IMG/VR virus record: IMGVR_UViG_3300005327_000002
Coordinates: 1 to 64,000 of that record
Length of the DNA stretch: 64,000 nucleotides
Source of the DNA: a virus
Reading direction: 5' to 3' (one strand)
A program made the translations under genes and the position numbers. Below, piece after piece: positions 45,697 through 54,545 of this stretch (position 1 is its first letter; each line of letters begins with the position of its first letter). The notes below the pieces were generated by a model, which did no database searches, was not told the DNA's origin, and saw nothing but the letters and a program-made list of their open reading frames with translations.

Positions 45697-47694
45697 TCAC
45701 AGGTACCAGGGGTTCCCGTCGCCCAGGTTGAACCTCATCTTGCGGAACGACACCCCCGGGGTGCCGTTGGTGCTCCCCGACTGCGTGATGGCCACGTACG
45801 TGTACCGGTGCGGCACCGTGTCGTCGTTCAGCACCGCCCGGTAGCGCGGGACCGCCCCCGGGGACGACGTGTCGTACATGCTGAACTGCACAGACCCGGC
45901 GGCCACCGACAGCTTGAACTTGTACCAGGTGTTCTGCTGCAGCGCCCCGGCCTGGGTCGACTGGTAGGAGCCCGCCACGCCGTTCTGCCGCCAGGTGGAG
46001 AACATCTCCCCGTTCTGGCGGCAGCCCACCAGGCCGTAGTTGGGCGGGATCTGGTCCTCCCGCACCCGGGAGTCGTCCCGCAGCGACCACACCAGGCCCC
46101 CGAAGTCGGCGCTGTTCGCGGAGAACTGGTCGAAGCGCATCCACCAGGTGGCCATCCATGACTGCGGGTTGGGCAGCGGGCACGCCCAGCCCAGCACGAC
46201 GGAGGACGCGAAGCTGGCGCCGTTGACCAGCGGCGTGGGCAGCTTCCATCCGCCGTCGAAGTTGCCCGCCCCGTTGCGGGAGCCCTGCCCGCGCAACCAG
46301 AACGGCCGGTAGTCGTAGGTGGAGAAACCGTCATGGAGCTGCCCCGACATGTACGCCACCGAACCGCCCGCGCCACTCAGGGAGATGGGCCAGGTGTCCT
46401 TCTGCCGCACCGGGGTCCGATACCCGTAGTACATCGGGTCGGTGACGCACACCCCCCGCACCGCGTAGGTCCGCTCCGTCGGCTCGTTCACCCGACGGTT
46501 CAGCCCGTGGTAGACGACCTGCAGCCCGGCCGCGACGTACGGCGCCGCGCTGCTCCCGTAGACGTAGCCGCCCGGCGCGCCGGTCGGGTTGACGGGCACG
46601 AACACCCACGTGACCCCGGCGCGCACCAGCTGCGCGGGCGGGTTGGCCGTGATGTCGGCCTGGTCGGCCAGCCACACCCCGCGCGCGTAGTTCGCGGCCG
46701 CCCAGCCGGTCGTGTCGGCGCTCTCTCCTGGGAACCGGGCCGTGGTGACGTCCTGGTACTGGCCGTTGGCCAGGACGACGGAGGACTGCCGCACGCACTG
46801 GCGTTGCAGGGTCGGCAGCAGCGCCTTGTTGGCGGCCAAGTGGGTGGGGTCCACGGTGCCGGTGAAGGTGTCGGACGCCGGGGAGGTGGTCGTGTTGTTG
46901 CGCGGCAGCCGGTAGAAGACGGCCAGGCGGCCGCCGACTTCGTCCAGCATGTCGTCCACGGTCTCCCCGCCGGTCTGGAAGAACTCCCCGCCGCCGAACC
47001 AGCTGGGCCACGAGTCGTTCAGCCATGGCACGCCGTCTTTCGTGATGTTCAGCTGCCGCCACTGGGCCAGCGTCAGCTCCTCGTAGCGGTAGCCGGTGAA
47101 GCGGTCGGCCGACGCCGTCCAGGACTGACCGGCGCCCGGCACCGAGCTGTTCGCGGGCTTCGGGTCGGCGCTCAGTCCGAAGCGGTAGTAGGGGCACAGC
47201 ACGGAGGTGCCGTCCCCCAGGCCGGAGACGTCGATGTGCACCGCCTCCAGGCCATCGTCCACGGCCCCCCGGACCGACTTCGCCAGGTTCCACGGCATCA
47301 CGTTCTCCCCGTAGCCGGACCTGCCGACGATCAGCCCCGGGCCCCCGGCCGTCTTCCCCAGCGGCAGCTGGCCCAGCGTCACCGTGCACGCCGGGGACGG
47401 CTCCGGGGGCGTGCCCGGCTTCAGCAGCCCGCCGTCCGGCCCGAACGTCAAGCTGTTGCCGTCCCGGCTGGACACCCCCAGCTGCCACTTCGCCGGGGAG
47501 CCGCCGGAGGACTTCGTCCCGGACCCGGCCCACACCGGGGCGCAGCCGCCCGCCTGGTCGCACACCCCCGTCCACGGGCCCGCCAGGTTCAGCCCGATCT
47601 GGACCGTGTCGGCGTCGGGCTGGGTGATCTCCACCGCTTCGTTGCCCGGCTTCCAGTGGCAGGCGCACTTGTCGGAGCATCCCGCGCGGCCCAT
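45697..47694 (-). CDS. Tail protein 3: Cys-rich N-terminus, degenerate GDPD-like barrel, lectin-like C-terminus
   Basis: IVGRSG...PWN..KS.R.AV..G.E.VHIDV..LGDGT.V; paralog of two upstream genes. Confidence 0.7.
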   Translation of the reverse strand: MGRAGCSDKCACHWKPGNEAVEITQPDADTVQIGLNLAGPWTGVCDQAGGCAPVWAGSGTKSSGGSPAKWQLGVSSRDGNSLTFGPDGGLLKPGTPPEPSPACTVTLGQLPLGKTAGGPGLIVGRSGYGENVMPWNLAKSVRGAVDDGLEAVHIDVSGLGDGTSVLCPYYRFGLSADPKPANSSVPGAGQSWTASADRFTGYRYEELTLAQWRQLNITKDGVPWLNDSWPSWFGGGEFFQTGGETVDDMLDEVGGRLAVFYRLPRNNTTTSPASDTFTGTVDPTHLAANKALLPTLQRQCVRQSSVVLANGQYQDVTTARFPGESADTTGWAAANYARGVWLADQADITANPPAQLVRAGVTWVFVPVNPTGAPGGYVYGSSAAPYVAAGLQVVYHGLNRRVNEPTERTYAVRGVCVTDPMYYGYRTPVRQKDTWPISLSGAGGSVAYMSGQLHDGFSTYDYRPFWLRGQGSRNGAGNFDGGWKLPTPLVNGASFASSVVLGWACPLPNPQSWMATWWMRFDQFSANSADFGGLVWSLRDDSRVREDQIPPNYGLVGCRQNGEMFSTWRQNGVAGSYQSTQAGALQQNTWYKFKLSVAAGSVQFSMYDTSSPGAVPRYRAVLNDDTVPHRYTYVAITQSGSTNGTPGVSFRKMRFNLGDGNPWYL

Positions 47695-47695
47695 C

Positions 47696-49669
47696 TCAGA
47701 CCTTCTTCCACTCGAAGTTCGCCCAGGACCCGGACGCCCGGTCGGCGGGGTCCTGGCGCTTGTGCAGGGCCACGTAGCCGCCCCGTGGGCCGCCCGCCAG
47801 CGCGGGCGTGGACGCCGTGGCCGACTGGGCGCCGTTGATGCCCCACGCGGGCAGCGGGAACTGCTCCATGACCACGCCGACCGCCGGGGTCACGGTCACG
47901 CGGAAGTGGTACCAGGTCGCGGCGGACACCAGCACCCCGGCGGCGGACATCGCGGTCACCGGCGCCTGCCCGGTCCGGTACATCGTGACCACCAGGCGGC
48001 CGCTGGCGGTCTGCAGCGCTGTGAAGTAGTCCCGGTCCCAGGTGGTGTCCCGCAGGTCCCGGTCGTCGGGCAGAGCGAAGGCCAGGCCCAGGCCGTTGGG
48101 CTCCGCCCGCGCGGCCGCGCCCGCCGGGATCGAGTTCCACAGGTGCGACCACGCCACGGTGTAGGAGTTCGGGTCGGCCACCGGGGACGCCCACCCCAGC
48201 ACCGTGGTGACCCGGCCCCACGTCGTGCCGTAGTCCGCCGACGTCTCGAACGACGTCTCCGGGCGCCACCCCACGTACGGCTTAGGGTCGGCCGGGACGG
48301 CGCAGTACGGCGGGTAGCCGAGCGAACCGGGGTCGCCCATGGTCGACTGGCCGCGCCACAGCGCGGAGGTGTCGTCCTCCGCCAGCGGCGCCAGCTGCCC
48401 CTCCGTGAACGCACCCATCGCCCAGGTGTCCCGGGTCATCACCGGCATGGAGGCGTACCCCACCATGGCGTCGCGCCGGTAGTAGGCCGGGTCCGTCGAC
48501 ACCACCCCGGCGTAGCCGTTCGCCGCGACCTGGGCGCGGTGGGTGCGGCGCTGCACCGCGCCGTTGATGACCACCCGCAGTCCGGCCGTGACGAACGGCG
48601 CCAGGGAGGACGCCGGGATACGCCAGTCGGCGAACACCCAGTCGACGCCGTTTCCCAGCAGGGTGGCCGCGCTCACCGCGTCCGCGTCCGCCTGGGAGCG
48701 CGCCAGGTAGCCGGTCTGGATACCGGCCTGGGAGGCCGCCGTCAGGTTGGCGATGTTGCGGGACGCCACCACGGACGACGACTGGGTGCAGGCCCGCAGG
48801 ATCGTCGCCACCAGCTTCGTGGCCACGTCCGGGCGGGTGTCCGTCGTCAGCCCCAGGGCGTAGACGTACACCATGCTGCGCCCGGTCTCCCCCAGCAGCT
48901 GCGCCACCGTGTTGATCCCGATCTGCGGCAGGCCCGCGAACTTGCCGTAGTAGGGCCCGGTCGTCACCCGGCCCTGCTCGCCCGGCCACACCCCGGCGGG
49001 CCAGCGGTGGGTGCCCTGCCGGTACCAGTTGTTCACGGCCAGTACCAGGTTGCGCGCGGACTGGGTCGTCAGGTCGGACCAGTTCAGGTCCACGGCCGGG
49101 TCGGACAGGCTCCCGTCGTAGCCGCCCGTGATGCACCAGTTGTCCAGCTGGTCGGTGCCCAGGTAGCAGTTGCGCAGGTACGGGGTGCCGTCGGCCAGGC
49201 CGTCGATGTCCAGCTGCACGCCGTCCAGCTCCAGGTCCACCGCTGCCCTGCAGGAGCGCAGCAGGCCCTGCGGGAAGCCGTTGACGCCGTACCCCCGGTC
49301 GCCCATCACGATGTCCCCGGCGGTGCGCCCGGCCGTCGGCGGGAGGATGTCCGCGACGGTGCGCCCGCAGGCGGTGGCCGACTGCGGGGAGTACAGGCCA
49401 TCGCTCTCCACGGTGACGGTGTTGCCGGACGCCTCCGAGATGCGGACCCTGATCCGGCCGGTGGCCGGGTCGTAGACCAGGCCGGTGCCCAGGTGCGCGC
49501 CCATGCACTGCGCGGCCTGCCCGCACACGCCCAGGTTCGCGGACGTCGGGTCGTAGAACTGGCCGGACACCACGAAGTCGTTGCCCTCCGCGCCGGTGCC
49601 GGTGACCGTGGTGCCCGCGCCATTGCGCATGTAGCACTGGCAGGAGGCTTCGTGCAGGCAGTCCGCCAT
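47696..49669 (-). CDS. Tail protein 2: degenerate GDPD-like barrel, lectin-like C-terminus
   Basis: VMGDRG...PQG..RS.R.AV....DGVQLDI..LADGTP; SD AAGGGAG. Confidence 0.7.
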   Translation of the reverse strand: MADCLHEASCQCYMRNGAGTTVTGTGAEGNDFVVSGQFYDPTSANLGVCGQAAQCMGAHLGTGLVYDPATGRIRVRISEASGNTVTVESDGLYSPQSATACGRTVADILPPTAGRTAGDIVMGDRGYGVNGFPQGLLRSCRAAVDLELDGVQLDIDGLADGTPYLRNCYLGTDQLDNWCITGGYDGSLSDPAVDLNWSDLTTQSARNLVLAVNNWYRQGTHRWPAGVWPGEQGRVTTGPYYGKFAGLPQIGINTVAQLLGETGRSMVYVYALGLTTDTRPDVATKLVATILRACTQSSSVVASRNIANLTAASQAGIQTGYLARSQADADAVSAATLLGNGVDWVFADWRIPASSLAPFVTAGLRVVINGAVQRRTHRAQVAANGYAGVVSTDPAYYRRDAMVGYASMPVMTRDTWAMGAFTEGQLAPLAEDDTSALWRGQSTMGDPGSLGYPPYCAVPADPKPYVGWRPETSFETSADYGTTWGRVTTVLGWASPVADPNSYTVAWSHLWNSIPAGAAARAEPNGLGLAFALPDDRDLRDTTWDRDYFTALQTASGRLVVTMYRTGQAPVTAMSAAGVLVSAATWYHFRVTVTPAVGVVMEQFPLPAWGINGAQSATASTPALAGGPRGGYVALHKRQDPADRASGSWANFEWKKV

Positions 49670-49680
49670 GGCCAACTCCC

Positions 49681-51714
49681 TTACAGGGTCGTACTGCTGG
49701 TGATGGTCAGGGACCGGTACAGGCCGGGGAAGTTCGCCTCCGTGGCCACCTTGACCTTGCGCAGGGAGGCGTACTTCAGGTCCGGGGTGGTGCGCAGCCG
49801 CGTCTGCTCGGAGGCGGTGTGCGTCATGACCACGGACTGCTCCACCGCGCCGGTGCCGGTGTTCAGGCGCTGCAGCTCCACGTTGGCGGAGCGCACGATC
49901 AGCCGGAAGCGCTGCCAGGTGCCCGCCGTCGGCGCCACCAGGGTGCCCGTGGGGGTCGACACCACCCCGGTGAAGGCGGCGCCGTTGGCCTTGCCGTCGA
50001 TCGCCAGGGAGCCGTCCCGCTTCTGGTACCCGAAGTAGTAGTCCGGCGGGTCGTAGTTGAGCACCGGGGCGGGGGTGGGACGGTCGATGCCGGGCTGATC
50101 GGTGGGCTGCAGGATCACCAGGCCCAGGCCCAGCGTCGCGGACGCGCCGGGGAAGGCCGGGACGGGGTCGGTCGTGCAGTCGTTCATGTCCGGCATGGGT
50201 TCGCTGGGGGCCCACATCTGGTCCCACTGGTACACCAGCCGGTTGGTGCCGATGGCCGACACCGGGCCGGGTGTCGCCCACGCCAGCAGGATGTCCCGGC
50301 GGGTCTCCCCGACCCCCACGGCGCCCTGGCCCAGGTTCGGCATCACCCACACCCCCGGGTTGCCGTTGTTGGCCACCGGAGCCGCCCAGTTGTAGCCGCG
50401 CCGGTTGGTGCGGTAGCCGCCGATGTCCATGTCCCCGTGGAACTGGCCGTCCGGGTGGCCGCCGAAGGGCCACGGGTCCTTCCGCATCGGCTTCAGGGCG
50501 CCCTTCGTGTAGACGCCGTTCTCCGACAGCACCCCCTTGAAGCCCTTCCCGGCCGCGATGGCGGCGGCCTTCACGGGCATGCGTGTGGCGTTGGTGGCCA
50601 CCGTCGTCAGCCCGGCGCCGGAGTACGCCAGCGGGTCGTACAGGGCGGGCTGGTCGTTCCAGTTCAGGAACGCCCACTTCGCCCCGGTCCCGGCCACCTG
50701 CGCCGGGGTGTTGGCCGTGTAGTCGCCCGACCCGGACAGGAACACCCCGTACTGCAGGCCGGAGCCGTTCAGCGGCGTCAGCAGGCTGTAGAGGTTCGTC
50801 AGGATGATCACGGACTTCTGCAGGCACCGCCGCTCGATCATGCGGCGCAGGATCGGGATCGCCCGCTGCACCGCCACGTCGTTGTTGCCCGGGGTGTAGC
50901 CGTTGCGGAACAGGTAGAAGGCGATGCCGATCTTCCCGCCCATCTCGTCCAGGACCTCACCGACGGTGTTCCCGCCCCACTGGTTGGAGTGCTGCGGGAA
51001 GCTGTAGACCTCCGAGTTGACGATCATCGTCTTCCATGCCGACAGCGTCAGGCGGTCGTACTCGATCGGCGTCGGGGGCAGCGACTTGTCCGGCGTCTGC
51101 CGCGCCCAGGGCAGGTAGTCCAGGACGTTGTTGCAGTCGTTGGTGGCCGCGCCGCCGGTCTGGGTCCCGGGCGACATCACGCAGGACGGATAGGTCCAGT
51201 TGTTCAGCATCGACCCGTACGGGGCGACGACCAGCGCGCCGTCCGCCAGCACCGCGACCGACAGCGTCATGCCTTCCAGGTTCTGCGACACCGCGTTGCG
51301 GGCGGAGCGGATCGTGCCCCACGGGGCTGAGATCGGCCCCGCCCCGTCGTGCCCCCACACGTGCCCGACCGGGAACGCCGTCACGTCCCGCTGGCATGAC
51401 CTGGTGGCCGCCTCCGCAGCGGGCACGTACAGGCCGTCCGGGCGCACCTGCACCAGGTTGCCCGGCTGCCCCGACACCTCCAGGCACACCGTGCCGGGCT
51501 GCGCCGGATCGTCGGGCACCGGCGGGCACCATCCCAGCCCGTTGCCCGTCACCCGGGGCACGCAGTCCCGCATGAACCGCAGGCACCCGTCCCCGCCGGA
51601 GATGTCGACGTTCACCGCGTACGCCGTCAGCAGCGACCCGTTGCCCGACACCGTGGCGCCGTCCCCGGCGATCACCCGGCACCGGCACTGCCCGGAGCAT
51701 CCGCACCCAGCCAC
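49681..51714 (-). CDS. Tail protein 1: degenerate GDPD-like barrel, lectin-like C-terminus
   Basis: VWGHDG...APWGT.RS.R.AV...LEGMTLSV..LADGALVV. Confidence 0.7.
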   Translation of the reverse strand: MAGCGCSGQCRCRVIAGDGATVSGNGSLLTAYAVNVDISGGDGCLRFMRDCVPRVTGNGLGWCPPVPDDPAQPGTVCLEVSGQPGNLVQVRPDGLYVPAAEAATRSCQRDVTAFPVGHVWGHDGAGPISAPWGTIRSARNAVSQNLEGMTLSVAVLADGALVVAPYGSMLNNWTYPSCVMSPGTQTGGAATNDCNNVLDYLPWARQTPDKSLPPTPIEYDRLTLSAWKTMIVNSEVYSFPQHSNQWGGNTVGEVLDEMGGKIGIAFYLFRNGYTPGNNDVAVQRAIPILRRMIERRCLQKSVIILTNLYSLLTPLNGSGLQYGVFLSGSGDYTANTPAQVAGTGAKWAFLNWNDQPALYDPLAYSGAGLTTVATNATRMPVKAAAIAAGKGFKGVLSENGVYTKGALKPMRKDPWPFGGHPDGQFHGDMDIGGYRTNRRGYNWAAPVANNGNPGVWVMPNLGQGAVGVGETRRDILLAWATPGPVSAIGTNRLVYQWDQMWAPSEPMPDMNDCTTDPVPAFPGASATLGLGLVILQPTDQPGIDRPTPAPVLNYDPPDYYFGYQKRDGSLAIDGKANGAAFTGVVSTPTGTLVAPTAGTWQRFRLIVRSANVELQRLNTGTGAVEQSVVMTHTASEQTRLRTTPDLKYASLRKVKVATEANFPGLYRSLTITSSTTL

Positions 51715-51728
51715 CTAGCGCTCCTCTC

Positions 51729-53033
51729 TCACGCCGCGTCCACGCGGGCCGCGATCTCCACCCGGACCCGGGCCGAACCGTCCACCGGCGACTGCGCGAC
51801 CAGCTCCACGCACCAGCCGCCCCCGCACCCGAACACCGGCCAGGAGAAGCTGCTGCCCTGCGGGCCCGTCATCACCGGCCGACCGCTGCCGCCCGGGCAC
51901 GACATGGACGCGCGCAGCTGGCGGCCGTCCAGGACCACGGTGGAGCGCTTCGGCAGGTACGCGATGTTCAGATCGGCGCACGCGGAGCACGGGTCCGGGT
52001 CCTGCTCGGTGCACGGGATGCCCAGCGGGTTGGAGTAGAAGCGCACCGTCAGGCGCCGCAGGTCCGTCTCCCCCGTCTCGATCGTCACCACCGGCACCGA
52101 CTCCCACCAGTCCGGCACGTGGTCCGGGGCGACCGTCAGCAGGGTGCGCTGCGCCGCCATCGCCCCGGTGGGGTAGCAGGCGTTCGCGGGCAGCGCCGGG
52201 AAGAACGGGAACGGCGGCGGCGGGCAGTTGGGGTCCGACGGGCACGGGGACGCCGCCACGGACGCGCACTGGGCGTAGATCGCGTCCGGGTCGTAGTCGG
52301 GCACGAAGGAGCCGTGGGACAGGTCGACCCACCCGCCGGAGGCATCGGTGGGCTGGCAGTAGATCCAAGGGTTGGCCAGCGCCAGGGTGACCTCCACCGT
52401 CAGCAGCACCGGCACGCCGGGGTCGCAGCCCTGCGGACCGCACCCGGCCGACCCCGGCAGGTACTCCCGCGCGGTCTCCGAAGGCCCGTCGATCACGCCG
52501 ACGTCGTACATGGTGCGCAGCTCCTGCTCCCCGGGGAGCCGGTCGGCGCCGGAGGGCGGGGTGCAGCCCGGGCAGCAGGCGTACATGCACATCACGTCCC
52601 CGCCGCAGGCGTCCGGGCGGCACAGGCGGCCCTTCAGCGCCGCCGACAGGTACCCCAGCGCGTAGGACGCCGCGCAGTCACCCAGTGCCAGCACCTGGAA
52701 CTGCAGGCGCACCTCCCGGTGCGGGGTGCGCAGCCCCGACAGGATGCCGCCTCCGCCCGGCAGGTCGGTGACCGTGCGGGCCGTCGGCGCGCTCTGGAAT
52801 CCGTCCGCGCCGGTGCACCACACGCCCAGCAGCTGGCCGGACTCCGGCCGCGACGGGTCCCACCACGGCGCGTCGTCGGCCTCCGGCGTCTCGTAGTACG
52901 GCCAGCCCAGGACCTGCTCCAGCCCGTCGCACGGCGGGCAGGCGACCTGGACGCCGTAGCGGTCGGCGTAGGCCCGGGCCCGGGCCGTGTTGGCCAGCTC
53001 CGACCCGGCGAAGGCGATCCACCCCGTGTACAT
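51729..53033 (-). CDS. Minor tail (distal tail-like) protein, Cys-rich
   Basis: GSELAN.AR..AY, DDAPWWDP..PES..LLG motif; position after tape measure. Confidence 0.7.
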   Translation of the reverse strand: MYTGWIAFAGSELANTARARAYADRYGVQVACPPCDGLEQVLGWPYYETPEADDAPWWDPSRPESGQLLGVWCTGADGFQSAPTARTVTDLPGGGGILSGLRTPHREVRLQFQVLALGDCAASYALGYLSAALKGRLCRPDACGGDVMCMYACCPGCTPPSGADRLPGEQELRTMYDVGVIDGPSETAREYLPGSAGCGPQGCDPGVPVLLTVEVTLALANPWIYCQPTDASGGWVDLSHGSFVPDYDPDAIYAQCASVAASPCPSDPNCPPPPFPFFPALPANACYPTGAMAAQRTLLTVAPDHVPDWWESVPVVTIETGETDLRRLTVRFYSNPLGIPCTEQDPDPCSACADLNIAYLPKRSTVVLDGRQLRASMSCPGGSGRPVMTGPQGSSFSWPVFGCGGGWCVELVAQSPVDGSARVRVEIAARVDAA

Positions 53034-53317
53034 CAGCACACCCTCCGGAAGCGCAGGGACCCGTCGTCGGCCACGTACCGCTCATAGCGGGGGCACGTGC
53101 CGTCCGCAGCGGCGGAGGCCGCCACAGGGCCCGCCAGGGCCGCCCGCGCGGCCGTGGAGGACACGCCCCCGGTGGTGCCGTCCTCCCAGACGCTCACCAG
53201 CTGGGTGCCGTTGGGCGAGTTGAGCACCGGCTGCGCCCGCAGCGCCGCCAGCAGCTGCTGCAGGCGGACGGCGGACGGCAGCCCCGGCACGGCGCCGGGA
53301 ACGGCGTACAGCGGCAT
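53033..53317 (-). CDS. Small tail-associated protein
   Basis: SD GAGGAGG; TGATG coupling. Confidence 0.6.
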   Translation of the reverse strand: MPLYAVPGAVPGLPSAVRLQQLLAALRAQPVLNSPNGTQLVSVWEDGTTGGVSSTAARAALAGPVAASAAADGTCPRYERYVADDGSLRFRRVC

Positions 53318-53327
53318 CAGGGCCTCC

Positions 53328-54545
53328 TCACGGGTTGTCGGTCGGCAGGGCCATCAGCGGCGCCAGCGAGACGGTGACCTTCTCCCCGCCGGTCGACCAC
53401 TCCCCGCCGACGTAGACCAGGCGCAGCCCCTGGCGGACCTCCACGCACCGGTCGGTGAACAGCACGTCCACCCGCACCCCGGGGATGAGTCGCTTGATGT
53501 CCACCGGCGCGGTCGGTGCCAGCTGCGCCCGGTCCCCGACTTCGAAGGACACCGGCCACACGGTGCGGCCGCGCAGCAGCTCCTGGGCGTAGCGGGTCAG
53601 CAGCTGCTGCTCCTGGCCCTGCTGGTCCTGGGGGATGGAGACCTTCGTGCCGACGTCCAGGCGCCCGAACAGGCGCGTCCAGCGGTTGTCCTCCCCGGAC
53701 GGGTCGACGCACCGCACCCCGGCGGTCACCGCCATGCCGGAGTTCTCCGTGGTCTGGGAGGTGGCCCAGGCCCGGGTGGCGATCTGGTCGATCGACCGGA
53801 CCACGCGCACCGCGCCGCCCAGGTCTTCGGCGGTGAGCAGCGCCTGGGCGTTGGTCCACCACAGGTTGCCCGTCGGGTCGGGGGTGAGCCCGGCGCCGGG
53901 CTTCACCAGCAGGGAGCGCCGGTACACCGTCCAGTCGAAGCCCTGGTCCGACAGGTCGTTCAGGATCTCCAGCAGCGGCACGTACCAGGAGTCCCGGGTG
54001 GTCGACTCCCACCGCACCCCGGTGTAGTAACCCACCATGCTGTCCAGCATGTTGGGCCAGTCCGGCTCACAGGAGTAGTCGCTGTCCAGGAGGTTGTCCG
54101 CGATCGTGCCCAGGGCCACGTCCATGATGTCGCGGGGGCTGTCGGGCAGGCCCTGGATCACCTTCGTGTTCCAGCAGCGGCCCAGCCACAGCCCCATGTC
54201 CTGGGCCTGGATCGTGATCTGGGAGCCCTCCGTGGAGGTGTGGGTGACCGGGCCGCACCACACCAGGTCCGCGTCCCGGTAGACGTGCAGTTCGTGGCCG
54301 CCGGGCATCAGCTTGGACAGCGGTTCGCAGCACTCGGTGGAGGCCTGCGCCAGGTCCAGCACGCACTCCGCCTCCGAGACGTCGCACAGGCGCCGGTCCC
54401 ACTTCACCGTGAGCAGCATGCGGTCCGTCTGGTCGGCCTGCAGGTACGGCACCGTGCCGCCGCGCCAGAACAGGGCGACGTGCAGGGCCTGCGGGCAGCC
54501 CAGGGTGTCGCCCGGCTTCAGGTTCTCCCACACCCCCAGGGACAT
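53328..54545 (-). CDS. Minor tail / baseplate hub protein
   Basis: WDR.L..VSEA, HEL.VYRD..LVW.GP, L.PTAPV.I..LIPG; directly follows tape measure. Confidence 0.75.
   Translation of the reverse strand: MSLGVWENLKPGDTLGCPQALHVALFWRGGTVPYLQADQTDRMLLTVKWDRRLCDVSEAECVLDLAQASTECCEPLSKLMPGGHELHVYRDADLVWCGPVTHTSTEGSQITIQAQDMGLWLGRCWNTKVIQGLPDSPRDIMDVALGTIADNLLDSDYSCEPDWPNMLDSMVGYYTGVRWESTTRDSWYVPLLEILNDLSDQGFDWTVYRRSLLVKPGAGLTPDPTGNLWWTNAQALLTAEDLGGAVRVVRSIDQIATRAWATSQTTENSGMAVTAGVRCVDPSGEDNRWTRLFGRLDVGTKVSIPQDQQGQEQQLLTRYAQELLRGRTVWPVSFEVGDRAQLAPTAPVDIKRLIPGVRVDVLFTDRCVEVRQGLRLVYVGGEWSTGGEKVTVSLAPLMALPTDNP

Noticed and set aside
45697-51714. Diversity-generating retroelement or invertible shufflon acting on the three tail genes
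   Set aside because: No reverse transcriptase or invertase seen, no near-identical template/variable repeat; paralogs are highly diverged and colinear
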